A DNA stretch of 62,034 nucleotides, counting the filler, from Trichosphaerium sp. ATCC 40318 (lineage: Eukaryota > Protista > Tubulinea), in assembly GCA_038496445.1 (NCBI GenBank). It is 4 parts of 4 records of this genome, joined end to end, with 100 filler letters (N's around TTAATTAATTAA, not from the genome) between each part and the next. Parts side by side here need not be neighbours in the genome. Positions count along the whole stretch, not along the records: positions 1 to 23,921 come from JALMLS010000283.1; positions 24,022 to 39,300 come from JALMLS010000184.1; 2 more parts are not named here. One strand, 5' to 3'. Shown here one piece after another: positions 13,723 to 25,441 of the stretch. The translations under genes were made by a program, and so were the position numbers. A model generated the notes under the pieces. The model did no database searches. It was not told the origin of the DNA and saw nothing but the letters and a program-made list of their open reading frames with translations. Numbering within the stretch: the stretch's first letter is position 1; the number at the start of each line of letters is the position of its first letter.

Positions 13723-16700
13723 TCTTAAGTTTGCCTTTTGGAACTGTAACGGTTTAAGATCTAGTAAAAAATACAAATTTGTACTAAATAAAGCATCATA
13801 CCATCAACTTGATATTCTTTTTTTAGCAGAAACACATTGGAAACAAAACAAACCAAGCTTTATTAAACAAGATACTTTTTTTGCTCCTTATTCTTTAGGT
13901 GGTAAGTTCTCTGGTACTGCTATCCTTCTGTTCCGTGAAGGGTGGTCAGTGCACAATGTTTTGACGCACTCCAAGTTCCAAGGGCGACTCATCACTGCTG
14001 ATGTCCATGCTCCTAATCGTGTGTATAAGGTTGCTGTTGTGTATGCGCCTTGCAAGTACAATTACCGTTCTAAGTTTATTGATGATATGCGTTCTGTTCT
14101 AACTGATGTAGATATCCTTGTTGGTGACTTTAACACCATCTTTGATGCCAACCAAGTCAGTACTGACATATCACCATCCTCTAGACGGTTTGTAGGCTCC
14201 AACAACCTGCGCACCTTGGTCAATGAGCGCTGCTTGGTAGATTTGGATCCAGACACCAAGCACTACACACACGACTCTAAGAATCAGCAAAGCCGTATTG
14301 ATTATATCTTCACCACACATGAACTTGCCTCTGGAGTTGTTGATTTTGGCACTGATCCTGGGTACAGCAGGTATGATCATAGCTTGCTGTACTGCCATAT
14401 ACACACTGGTAAGATTAATAAAGGAACTAAGCCCCGCTGGAAGCTTCACAACTGGATGCGCTTCACTACATCCCTCCACAAAGCTAAAAGCACCTTTAAT
14501 TATGACAGTGTCAACAACCTCAATGATTGGCTCAAACTCAAGCGATTGGTGGTTAAACAGCTCAAGCATTATCAGTTAAACTTGTTCACAGTTATATGTG
14601 AAAAGCGAGAGCTGGTTAAATCAATCATGGCTCAAACTGATCATAACTCTGATAGGTTTTTGGTCCTTAAAAACCAGCTACACTATTATGAAAGTAAGTT
14701 CCGTTTGGCTAGATATATCAAGCTTGGTGTACACAACCCTGCCCATACTGAGATCCCAGACAAGGTCCTCTCAGCAAGGCTTAAGGCTAGGGTCAAACGT
14801 GGCGTTTTGAACCGTATGAAACGCGCAGATGGTACACTGGCTGAAGGCTCCACTTCTACCTTGGAGGTTTTACGCAGCTTTTATGAGAAATTATATGCTA
14901 GACGTGCTAACCATCCCAAAACTCACAGTATCTTATTGAAGCATTTGAAGCGCACCATTCCTGATGAAGTTATGGAGCAGTTGAATGCACCTTTCACCTT
15001 GAAAGAAGTCAACACAGCTATACACCAGCTCAAGGCCACCTCCAGTCCTGGTATTGATGGCTTGCCTGCATTCTTCTATCACAAGAACAGCGGTGCTGCT
15101 CGCATGTTCCTGCGAGTCTTTGAAGACCTCCGTTCTAATGGTGCTACAACACTCCCATCTCAGTTCCTTAGAGGTATACTCATCTCCATCTATAAAGGCA
15201 AGGGTGATATTCTTTCACCTGCCTCTCGTAGACCCCTGGCTATGCTCAATGTAGACTATAAGATCCTTACCACGCTCCTCAACAACAGACTATCTATGGC
15301 CTTGCCTCACACTATCTCACCCACTCAAAATGGTTTTGTTCCAGGCCGTGACATCTCCACTAATGTCATTATGCTGGAAGAGTGCTTCTTCAAAACCCAG
15401 GAGGACCCTCTGTGTGACGAATTTGAAATCATATTTGTTGATTTCAAGAAGGCTTTCGATTCTGTTGCACACTCGGCTATACGCCGTACACTTCTGCATT
15501 TGAAAGTTCCTATATGTTTGCTCAACCTGATTATGGCCACGCTCCATGGTGCCTCCTTTCAAGTTACTGCTAACAATGAGCTTTCTAAGCCCTTTGTGGT
15601 GCGCAGAGGTGTTAAACAAGGTGACCCTTTGTCGCCTACACTCTTTGTTCTCACTTTAGAGCCTTTACTAGCTATGCTACAAGATAGAAATATTGGTTTC
15701 GATTTTGCTGGACTCAAAGTCACATCCCTGGCCTTTGCAGATGATCTTGCTGCCCCATGCCGTGCCAAAGACGCTGCTACACTAGTAAAGTGTCTTTTCC
15801 TAGCTGCACGTGCTACTGGCCTCACTACTAATCACTCCAAGTGCATGTCCATAGCCAAAGGAGTTGAACCAACATATGATGCCCCCAAGGAAGTCAGATA
15901 TCTTGGTTTTGATTTTGACACAGAAGGTATCATCAACAATGTTCACAAAGTCCTCAAGAAGTACGATGGCATGATGTCCAGATGGCGGTTCCTCACACAC
16001 ACCATGCGCAGCAAAAAGGTGTTGTACACATCCTATGGCCTTCCTTGCTTCACTTACTTCTTCCGAATGCTGGCAGCAGTCCCACACCAGCATCACTCTA
16101 TCCGTACCATCACAGCTAAGTTCTTTTTTACAAGCTGGTCCACAAGACGCAAACCTAGCCGTCTTTATAACCCAATCAAGGCTGGAGGTTTTGCTCTCAT
16201 GGACCCCTCTAGACACAACAAAGCTATGCTCGCTCGCCTTTTTGAAATATTTCTATTCGATTATGGTTCACAGCCTTATCACAGGCAGTGGAATGATTGG
16301 TACCATGCTCTGGGACTATGGAGCGATAGTGGCGCCTCATACCATTTCACAATTGCTAGAGATGCATGGCGAGACCTACACCCTTACACAGAAAATGTCA
16401 CTGACAACCGTGCTATTCTTCAAGAGGTTATTCAACAGCATTACACTACTCCTCAAAAATTTCCTAGACCTGCAAAAAAACTTTATTGGCATTGTTACAA
16501 ACCTACAACTTCACTCACTACATCAGTAGCCCGCACATTGGCTAAATATCCTAACACATCCAAAACTTTTAAGCGATTACAAGAACCCTTCTGGACACAT
16601 CTCCCTTTATTGCGTGATCTGGCTCATCGTGCAATCATTCGCACTCTTAAGTGCTCTTACAACACTCCACAAGTTACTATCACTTGGATCCTATTCCAAT

Positions 16701-16987
16701 CGCCTCCGGCAAACCTTGCTAGTATACTGTGTGCTGCTGAAAAGCTTAAGTACACATACACTCCATCCACGCTATACAACCTGTCCTGTCTCAAACCCAA
16801 GCTACAAGTAGAATTCTTAGTCCTATTACGCATGGTATGGCTTGAATACAACAACATACAACACGGCAGCAGCATGTGCTCCCGTCGAAACTTTCTCTAC
16901 AGGTTTAAACAAGAACGCTTACAAGCGTTCCTCAAATCCAACATTATACCAAACTTTCTACGAACTTGGTCAGCTTTTTCAGCTTGA
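13709..16987 (+). CDS. Retrotransposon ORF2: AP-endonuclease plus reverse transcriptase
   Basis: APE motifs WNCNG, LAETH, VYAP, GDFN, SRIDY, YDH; RT motifs SPGIDG, RPLAMLNVDYK, QNGF, DFKKAFD, GVKQGDPLSP, AFADD, YLG; 1092 aa uninterrupted. Confidence 0.97.
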   Translation: MATSNLKFAFWNCNGLRSSKKYKFVLNKASYHQLDILFLAETHWKQNKPSFIKQDTFFAPYSLGGKFSGTAILLFREGWSVHNVLTHSKFQGRLITADVHAPNRVYKVAVVYAPCKYNYRSKFIDDMRSVLTDVDILVGDFNTIFDANQVSTDISPSSRRFVGSNNLRTLVNERCLVDLDPDTKHYTHDSKNQQSRIDYIFTTHELASGVVDFGTDPGYSRYDHSLLYCHIHTGKINKGTKPRWKLHNWMRFTTSLHKAKSTFNYDSVNNLNDWLKLKRLVVKQLKHYQLNLFTVICEKRELVKSIMAQTDHNSDRFLVLKNQLHYYESKFRLARYIKLGVHNPAHTEIPDKVLSARLKARVKRGVLNRMKRADGTLAEGSTSTLEVLRSFYEKLYARRANHPKTHSILLKHLKRTIPDEVMEQLNAPFTLKEVNTAIHQLKATSSPGIDGLPAFFYHKNSGAARMFLRVFEDLRSNGATTLPSQFLRGILISIYKGKGDILSPASRRPLAMLNVDYKILTTLLNNRLSMALPHTISPTQNGFVPGRDISTNVIMLEECFFKTQEDPLCDEFEIIFVDFKKAFDSVAHSAIRRTLLHLKVPICLLNLIMATLHGASFQVTANNELSKPFVVRRGVKQGDPLSPTLFVLTLEPLLAMLQDRNIGFDFAGLKVTSLAFADDLAAPCRAKDAATLVKCLFLAARATGLTTNHSKCMSIAKGVEPTYDAPKEVRYLGFDFDTEGIINNVHKVLKKYDGMMSRWRFLTHTMRSKKVLYTSYGLPCFTYFFRMLAAVPHQHHSIRTITAKFFFTSWSTRRKPSRLYNPIKAGGFALMDPSRHNKAMLARLFEIFLFDYGSQPYHRQWNDWYHALGLWSDSGASYHFTIARDAWRDLHPYTENVTDNRAILQEVIQQHYTTPQKFPRPAKKLYWHCYKPTTSLTTSVARTLAKYPNTSKTFKRLQEPFWTHLPLLRDLAHRAIIRTLKCSYNTPQVTITWILFQSPPANLASILCAAEKLKYTYTPSTLYNLSCLKPKLQVEFLVLLRMVWLEYNNIQHGSSMCSRRNFLYRFKQERLQAFLKSNIIPNFLRTWSAFSA

Positions 16988-17588
16988 CACGATCATCCTC
17001 AGGGCGGTTGGGTCACACCCACACAATTACGGTCCTCCTTGTAGGAGGCGTCCTGCTCTTCCCGCGTTGAGAGCGGTAGGTGCAACTCCTATGTAAACCC
17101 TTGACTAGCTCCAATGTAAGCTAGTCTGCGATTGGGTCGTTCGATGCAACGCAGACAAATAAAAGTAAAGTATACTAGAACAAAATTTGTAAAAAAATAA
17201 ATAGAGTAGTAGTTTTTTTCACCCGCTGTGTACCTTGTAACGAGTTAGGGAAATAACAAGTTGTGCGCACCTTGTCCAATGCAAATCCTATCAACCACAA
17301 TAAACGTGACTAGACCTGTTTTAGGTATTGGAACTAACGAGAAGCCTTTTATGTCCAAGCAACTAACACATGTAAAGCTGCTTGCAGTTTCTATTAAAAC
17401 TATCACAGTACTAAGCTGTATACAATTCCTATAACGTGTTTAATGCAATAAAACCTTATTAATAGAAGTTTCATTGGTTGGATACAACATAATCGGATGT
17501 TACGTACAGGCCTACTTCCTATGAATTAAAAGCACGTGTCACAATTTGCAGATTAAAGTTTGGGAGCCAATTCAACAACTTCAAATAA

Positions 17589-18415
17589 TGATCACAACAT
17601 CTCCCAGTATTTTAATTGTAGTAGCGATATCCTTCATAGTATCTATACAAGCTCAGCAGCCTTCGGTAGGCCAAAAATTCAACCCATGCCCTCTAGCAAA
17701 TTTTAGCTGCCCTGTTTGCGCTGCGATGGACAGTTGTGGTGTCCAAGTACTAGTAGTTGTGAGAGCATTTACACTGTTAGTAGATGTCCTCTAAAATACA
17801 CTTGCCCTACTTCAACGGGTACGCTGCTGATAAAAATAAAAAGAGCCTGGAATGTCTTGTACAACAATAGCTGGTTGTTTTCGTTTGTTCGATTCCAAAG
17901 TCATTACATTCGTTCTTATTATTTCTCTAGCGTTTTGTGAAGCAATCTTTTCTAGTTCAACATGTGATTATAATGAGAATTATTGCAGGCACGAGACAAA
18001 ACCAACTAGTTTGGTTTTTTTTGAGATGGCTCTGACTGTTCTATTAGTGATGAAGCTACCTGCAAAAGTACACGGTTGTGTGTACACAAGTGGTATAGAT
18101 TTCGGTACCATACAATTGCTTATGGCTGTTTTTTTTGAAGGTAGCAATTGGTTTGTTTTTAATACAATTGCAATCCTTGCATTGTTATTTTTAGCATAGT
18201 TGCCTGTTTGACTATACGTCGCCGTAAAAAGAAGCAAAACACTGCTACCTATGCAAGTACGTACATTCAACAAGACAACAAAGTCTTTAAAATCTTGTAT
18301 TTTAAACTGCTTGCGCTCCCTTATTAATATTTATACTAAAGTGTTAATTAGTTAGTCCATCTTATGGTGCTGTAACAACAAACGTGCAGACTACGAACGT
18401 GCAGAGGAAATAAAC
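17589..18415 (+). pseudogene. Signal peptide plus PSI-like Cys-rich domain plus TM segment; frameshifted
   Basis: MITTSPSILIVVAISFIVSIQA, then C..C....C / WCPSTSSC split across frames near 17735; downstream hydrophobic segment and AATAAA. Could be a sequencing error rather than a pseudogene. Confidence 0.4.
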
Positions 18416-19005
18416 TTTGTTTTTAATAAACAAAGCCTTTTTGAAAAAATCTAACAGTTACACGTGATAACTTAGTAGTCAAGGACTGGTTTCCCGCGTG
18501 TTTCATTTAATTTACATCAGTTTCTACTAGCTGTCGTGTTTGGCCATGTGGCGTTTATTGTTATCTTATTTATGCTGTCACAAAGCGTTGTCAGTTTTAC
18601 GATTTGGTCTTTAGCCTATTCTCTTTTGCAGCGTCCAATAATGTATTTCTGCTGTACGAGTATCAGGCCGTCCTTGTATCATTTGGTGAGTTTTAATTTC
18701 GTAGCCTTGAGCGTGATAATCATTGAGAAGGTAGTAAGCATCGGATCGCTTTCCGTTTACAAGTGCAGAGTTGACATACACCTTTTTCTCGTCAGTATCA
18801 TTTACAACCATTTTTATTACTACTACACCCGCCATAAGTTATTGGTTCCGAACGAAATGAGAAGAGAAACCAGAAACCGAAAACCAAAGTCAATTTTTCG
18901 TTGAATTTTCTCAGTTTTCATGTTATAGAATTTTACTGTGGAATATGCAACATGCGAGCTAAGAGAACAAGTTATTTGACACTTCAACCCAAAAGAGTTT
19001 TATTA

Positions 19006-19830
19006 TTAACAAGACGACCATGCTGGTTGACAAGTTCCTGATGTCTTTCCTTCTAAGATGCAACAATAACAATATGGTCTAGTATCGCACCCTGGACCGT
19101 CTTTCAAGCATTCTTCCCCGCACTTTGGATTACGTGTACATTTGCCTTTGAAACATGTAGCACATGAGCCTTCACATTCCCATGACTCATCGCATTGTCC
19201 GCCACATGGTACGTACTGCTCTTTTACGCACTTGGAGCTTCCATCTTTTTGTAAGCACTTAGTACACTCTCCACTACATTGTCCGCCTTGACACTCTCCA
19301 CCACATGTTTGTTGTCCAACACAAACTCCATTTTGACACCACTTGCATGTAGCTTGAGTATTTTGGCAATCAATGTTACCGTTTGGGCAAGCTTCGCCGC
19401 ATTTGGGGTATGGTTTACAAATGCCATCTTGGCAAGACTTACAAAGGTAATTTAGCTTATTATGTAAGAATTATTTAACGTACACTGCAGTTTCCTGAAC
19501 CTTGTCCGCATTGATACCTTTGTTAAATTATTAACTTCTTATCACGTGACATAACTTTTTTTTTTGACAATAAAAAACCTTACCACATATCGCAAGGGCC
19601 ACCACAACCGCTAAATTCAACGCATTTACCTTTTGTACTACAATATCGGCACGTGGTGTTATAACAAAGTGAAGATTCGCAAGAACTTCCACATTTCTGG
19701 CTATTGAAGGTGGTTTTAATTAGAATGGTTTGAAACATGAACAATTTAGGTTTTATTGGTTGTACCTCGCTACGAAGAGACTAAAAAGCACTACACAAAG
19801 CGCAATAAATGTTATTGTGTTAGTTGATAT
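19006..19830 (-). CDS. Small secreted Cys-rich repeat protein, multi-exon
   Basis: Repeats such as PKCGEAC, TCGGEC, PCGGQC, PKCGEEC; hydrophobic N-terminal segment FIALCVVLFSLFVA; stop TAA at 19006-19008; no clear ATG found. Confidence 0.6.
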
Positions 19831-20028
19831 TGGAGTTAATAATTGATACGCGTCAAAGCTTTTCTACACACGTGTAATCTTTGCCAAACTAGTTAATATT
19901 GATTATCAACCACAATACACACAAGCATCTAAGACCACAATTTTGTAACAACAGTCATCGTTGCTTCCTGTGTAAATTTTCTACCTGATTTCATTAGATA
20001 ATAGAACCACAGGCTTGAACATAAACAA

Positions 20029-20742
20029 ATGAATACGGAGGTGATACAATTTAACACAGGAGAATCAAACAATTGCTCTCTCCTACGTCTTCCTATGGAG
20101 CTTCTGCTTGATATTATAGATTTAGACTATGAAGCGTATTCAAAACTGCCACTTGTATCTAAATATATGGCAACTGCGACAAGATTTGATTCTAAGCTCA
20201 ACAAACATGGAAAATGGATGAGGCTAACATGTGGTATAGTTCAACACCATCATTTTGCCAACGGTAAACATGATGGAGAGCTGAAAGTATGGTGTAAAAC
20301 AGATGGACTTATTGAGCACTTCAAACAGCAACCCAAGTATTGGTTAAACAATGCTCATAAATGGAAGGTTGTTCATTATGTGAATGATAAACGAGAAGGC
20401 AAATATGAGTGCTGGTATGATAATGATAAATTAAACCACAAGTGTCATTATATCAATGGTAAACGAGAAGGAGAGTACAAGTCATGGTTTGAGAATGGCC
20501 AATTAATGGAGGAGTTTAGCTATGTAAATGGCAAACGAGAAGGAGAGTTCAAGTCATGGTATGATAATGGCCAATTGAAAGAGAATTCTTATTATGTTAA
20601 TGATAAACGAGAAGGAGAGTTCAAGTCATGGTATACTAATGGCCAAAAGCGCAAAAAGTCTCAGTATGTGGATGGCAAAATACAAGGATTTTACATAACA
20701 TGGACTCCTCGTGGTGAACTGAACATACACTCAAATTGCTGA
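20029..20742 (+). CDS. Intronless F-box-like plus MORN-variant (YwqK-like) repeat protein
   Basis: LLRLPMELLLDII...LPLVSK F-box-like start; tandem 24-aa repeats Y.N.KREGE.KSWY.NGQ. Confidence 0.8.
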   Translation: MNTEVIQFNTGESNNCSLLRLPMELLLDIIDLDYEAYSKLPLVSKYMATATRFDSKLNKHGKWMRLTCGIVQHHHFANGKHDGELKVWCKTDGLIEHFKQQPKYWLNNAHKWKVVHYVNDKREGKYECWYDNDKLNHKCHYINGKREGEYKSWFENGQLMEEFSYVNGKREGEFKSWYDNGQLKENSYYVNDKREGEFKSWYTNGQKRKKSQYVDGKIQGFYITWTPRGELNIHSNC

Positions 20743-21021
20743 TAAGTGCAAACACTAAGATAATCAAGCAGTTCTTGTAACAATGGTTACTTTATGTTCC
20801 AGCAATAAATGAACTTTACGTGTTACGATAGTGTCTTACTCTTTGCTTCAAACTATGTTCCAACGCAAGTACATTTAGAATAAGTCACGTGTCTGAACAA
20901 ACGCCTCGCTGTATTTGACTACACGACAGAGAGTATAAGAAGAAGATTCAACTCTAGTAACAAAACCAAAAACGTGATGAACAGACAGCTGTATAGGCTT
21001 TTTTATTTTCACATTGTAAGC

Positions 21022-22163
21022 TTAGCGAAAAGGTAGATCAGGGTATACAAACTGTGGTACATTCTCTTGTTGTCTTGTGATTTCAGCAGAAGGATCAACC
21101 CATTCTGGTCTAATAGCAAAGTCGTCTTCCATACGCACGTGACGGAAGAAAAGGCTCTTATCTCCAAAATGAGAAGGTGTCGTTTTAGATGTTACTGAGA
21201 TTTCAGCAATCTTAACTGGGCTTGCCAAAGGTGTATCAATGGCGTAAACATCATAAAGACGTCCTTGACCGAGTGATTCTAGTTGTCTTGGGAGATCAAT
21301 ACCAGGATCAGTGTCTGGGAATGAAGAGTGAGCTTTCATTGAAGGGCTGAATACAAGTCTGAACGGGAAGTTTGGTCTTGCTTCTGGTCTTCCTTGTTGA
21401 TCATGTTGTGCCCAAGGGCTCAAACCGAGCATGTTAGGCCATGACGATGATGTCTTGAACTTCTTAAGAAGGACATTAAGAGCAACAGATGCGTTTGTAC
21501 CGAGAGTTGGTACGTGGTTTGTAAGATCATGTTTAAAGAAATTAAAAGAATTCTGGCCGGATAGGGAGTACATGCCCATAGTATTAACAGAAGGAAGTCC
21601 GTCAATCAATAGTTTGATGCTCAAAGCAGGTGTGAATTCAACAGCACCCGGTTTTAAAGCGGTGGACATACGACAAAGAGCGAAATCGGCTCCTTTGAAC
21701 ATTCCAGTGTAGTTATGGGTTCCTACGCTTTCCCAGCGACATTTGTTGATACCTCCAACGGTATGAATAAGTTTCTTCCTGTACGTATTGAAAATACCTA
21801 TCGATTCGTTAGCAATGTACGTTTAAATGCGACTGATAATAGAAAATGGGTAGGAATTGTTTCTTCCACTGAAAATGACGTTAGAATTGTACCTTGTTTT
21901 GGTAGATCATCAGCAACGGTGTCGAAGGTTCCATTCATGTTCTCTAAGAGAATTTCTACCATAGCAGCGCCATACCAGTCTAATGGTGTAGTGTCGCTTA
22001 CAACAGATGAGTATAGCGTCTCTAGCTTGTCTTTAGCTGTTTTTGCCTCCCATGTAGGCCCACTGTATGGGTAACCGTCTTTAGCCATGTATCCGTATGC
22101 GAATACAAGCGTAGAACAACATAATACAAATAAAACAACTGAGACGTTGCTTACAATGGACAT
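21022..22163 (-). CDS. Secreted catalase-fold heme protein (catalase-related), one intron ~21782-21875
   Basis: Signal peptide; after splicing RKKLIHTVG (distal His), YTGMFKGAD..LCRMS, PALSIKLLIDG..SVN, SHFGDKSLFFRH.RM. Confidence 0.7.
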
Positions 22164-22743
22164 TTTTACTTTTTTAGCACAATTCAGTGTTACGCCATAA
22201 AAGGAAGGTGGTACCTTTTACAATACCAACTGAAAACAAGGAATCATGCCTAACAGTATTGTATTTATTCCTACAACCTTTCACGTTGGTAAATTTCTTA
22301 TTTTGCCCGTTCTGTGTTCCAAAACTTTTGCTGTCCACGAAATGTGTACTGTACTACAGCATTCGCGGTAAACAAAAAAATCCCGTACAGAAACACATTT
22401 TTTTGAGAAAAGGATACTTGGGATTTTCTTATTTACCACTTGTCACAAAAATTGTGAACAAGCTTGATTTCGAAAGCAAGTTAGGCTTTGAACACCCTAG
22501 GTGCTGTTGTACTTGTGCGACGCAAGCAAGCAGGAGCTCGGTGCCTTAATAAGCATATCAAGTATAACCAATTCCGAAGACATAAAAAAAGTCCAAGTAG
22601 ACATACAAGTAGCGCTTTGTGGAATAGCACGTGTAATTTGAGTTAGAAAATGCACTTGACGTTATTTTGCGGTGCCTCTAAAATAGTAGTTAATAACAAA
22701 GCTCAATTGTACACCACACAAAATCAATACGACCTAATCTAGT

Positions 22744-23921
22744 TTATTGTTTGTAAGAAGGTAAATAAGTTTTTTGAGTTCGTGAGTAATCTACTACAGT
22801 TATATCTTCAGCAGATGTGCCGTAGATTAAACTCCAGCTATTACATGATAAAGTACTTATGACGCCTATATTACTCGGTGTTGATATTCTACACTCTCTT
22901 GTGTTTTTACTTTTGTATATTCTAACATTTCTAGATGCAGCTGCAATATATTCATGAATAACTTGCAAGTCGTAAACAATTTCTACAATATCACGTGTTA
23001 GATGAAACAAATTTAGGCGCCTATTTTAAAAATACCTTTTGTATGTACTGTAGACACACGGTTCGTAAAATTCCTTGGATCAACAGCTGAACGAAGTAAG
23101 TAACAATAGTGTAATGTAAAAACCACTTTTCATACTTTGACGGCTTTTTTCAGTTTTGTGTGATTCTAGAACGTACTTATAAGCTCCTTGTTATCACAAG
23201 AAGATACTATATTCCCATTATTAAAATCATAGGTAGCTGCATTTATCCTATGCTTGTGGAAATTAGAACTCGAAGTCACTTGGCCGGTTCTAAACCAAAA
23301 AATTTTGTTAGTTTGTATTATATGTATGGAAATTGACAGCCTTATAGGTACTCACCGAACATCTATCAATTGTGTTGAACGACCAGGAGTAGATACTAGA
23401 ACGTCCCCTACAAAAAATAGAGCCTAGACAGAGGTAAGACTGTGAAGAAAGGAAAAATAATAGCTGAAGGCTCACGAGCGTCTGAGTAAACTCCTCGTAA
23501 ACCAAAATTAAGAACACTATCCTCATATAAACCGTACGTTTATTGGAGTCCAGTTATAAGGAGGTGATATCTTGTACAGCTGAACGTCCTTAACAACATC
23601 CCAAATCTACGAAAAACAAATTGGTTTTTTTAAAGTCACACTTTCTACATACCTCAACATCTCCCTTGTAATTCCCGATAGCCAAGTAATTATGATTGAG
23701 GCTATTAGATACAGATTTTATTTTAGATCGTTCATATTTATACTCGTGGAGTAGCTTTCCATCGTAGATGTCCCACCTTGTTGTTATAAGCAAAGACCAC
23801 ATATATTTGAACTTACACTCGGACTTTTTCCCCAGCAGTTAAAAGCCTATCATCCATAAATGTTAAGTCATCAACAGTATATCCATGGTCTAGAGTTAGT
23901 TTACATTTCCTGTTCTCCCAT
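22744..23921 (-). CDS. WD40-repeat protein, multi-exon, 5' end lost in gap
   Basis: WDIYDGKLLHEY, YLAIGNYKGDVE, ISTLSCNSWSLIYGTSAEDITVVDY WD-like blades. Confidence 0.55.
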
Positions 23922-24021
23922 NNNNNNNNNNNNNNNNNNNNNNNNNNNNNNNNNNNNNNNNNNNNTTAATTAATTAANNNNNNNNNNNNNNNNNNNNNNN
24001 NNNNNNNNNNNNNNNNNNNNN
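23922..24021. other. Assembly spacer with six-frame-stop linker
   Basis: N44-TTAATTAATTAA-N44. Confidence 0.98.
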
Positions 24022-25441
24022 ATTGCTGTTTGTATACAATATTGAGCATGATTTCCATACCTGTAAAAAAGAAACAAACAATTAAAAGTTGACTGTTGTG
24101 TGTATGGCTGCGTTGAAAAAAGTTGAAATTCAAATGAACCGAGAGTATTTTTCTTATGAACCCGCCAGTATTTAATAAATATTGGTTGTTTACATAAAAG
24201 ACTCAAACACCCCATGTTGTATGCTTTGATGAATTGATTTTGTGCTCGCACAGTTTTTTTTCTTCACTTCTTTGCTCCCAAATCCACTATGTTCCTATGA
24301 ATTTCATGACCTCTTTAGGTTTGATTGATGTGTTCCACGATGTATTGTAGTTCGGATTGGTTGTTTGGAATTGTGCAACAAGTTGTTTTTTCTTCTGTAT
24401 GGTAACACGTGATTCCAAATGTTTTTTTTTATTAAACGTTTAGATAGACTTGTTTTGTAGGTGAGCACACTGTTAGATTGAATGCGCTCAAAATAACCCA
24501 AGTTAGGGCCTGATATTTAAACACTCTGGTAGCGATATCTTTGCGTCTGGGAGAACCTTACAGTATTTTCAGTCATGTAGTTCAATTTTTCTTGTAGATT
24601 GGTCAAATGTTTCTGTTTATTGTCTAGTTTACGTTTTTTAGTTGCTGCACGTATTGAAGTACGGTTTGTACACGGCACCACAGGTAGGTACTTGAAAAAA
24701 TAACGAAACAAGTATTGGTGGTTTTACAAAAATCACGTGCGTGTAATAAAATAAAAACGCTTCGTAACAATTCCTCTGACCAGTAAACCGTGTTATGCAG
24801 CCCTTTCTGCCGTAAATGCGTTAGTCTTGTTTCAAACTTGTTGCCACCTCCACTGCGAGTTGCTCATTGTACAATAGCGAATACGTGACATATAAAAATC
24901 AGCAGTGAAACCAGCATAGATAGAAAAACAAAAATAAAGAATAAAATCTCCGCCACTGAAACAACAACATGTTTTTACAACCGAAAAGATACGACAGCAC
25001 AACATTCTTGTATTTTGGCGTCCGGTTCTCGTTATTCTGTCTGGTTACAATAACAACATTATGATAATATCCTTTGTGCTTGCTTGTCGGGGTAAAAAAT
25101 AGCCCGAAAAAGAGTTCGCCACTTACGAGCAACAAAGTTGAGCGGGTATTTGCACTATTTGGTGAAATATTTGAAAAACCTGTGTTTCGATGAAGGTACA
25201 TGGCCTGTTTTGTCACCAGGTTGTAACTCCGTTTACTTAAATAAACAGATTGAAGGTCTCCAAGTGGTTAAAAAACTATTGTACAGGCAATCGCGTTCTT
25301 GTAGCGAATCAGTTAATTTCAAAAAAAACACAAAACCAGAACCGTAACACAAATTACAATAACCTTCACTGAAAAATCTTATGTATCAAGTGACACTAAC
25401 TTAATACTGCTTTGTGATAACTTCAAGAGTGACAACACGTC

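Larger units (their letters stand above)
12506..17172 (+). mobile_element. Full-length non-LTR retrotransposon (L1/Tx1-like) with 15-bp target-site duplication
   Basis: TACTAGAACAAAATT at 12491-12505 and 17173-17187; two intact overlapping ORFs; ends in AATAAAAGTAAAGTA rather than poly(A); higher GC than flanks. Confidence 0.95.

Noticed and set aside
13709-13723. Both retroelement ORFs contain an MATSN start (13709 plus; ~42941 minus)
   Set aside because: No further similarity; treated as coincidence.
23922-24021. TTAATTAATTAA motif in all three gaps, and ORFs running into them
   Set aside because: Artificial contig linker with stops in six frames.
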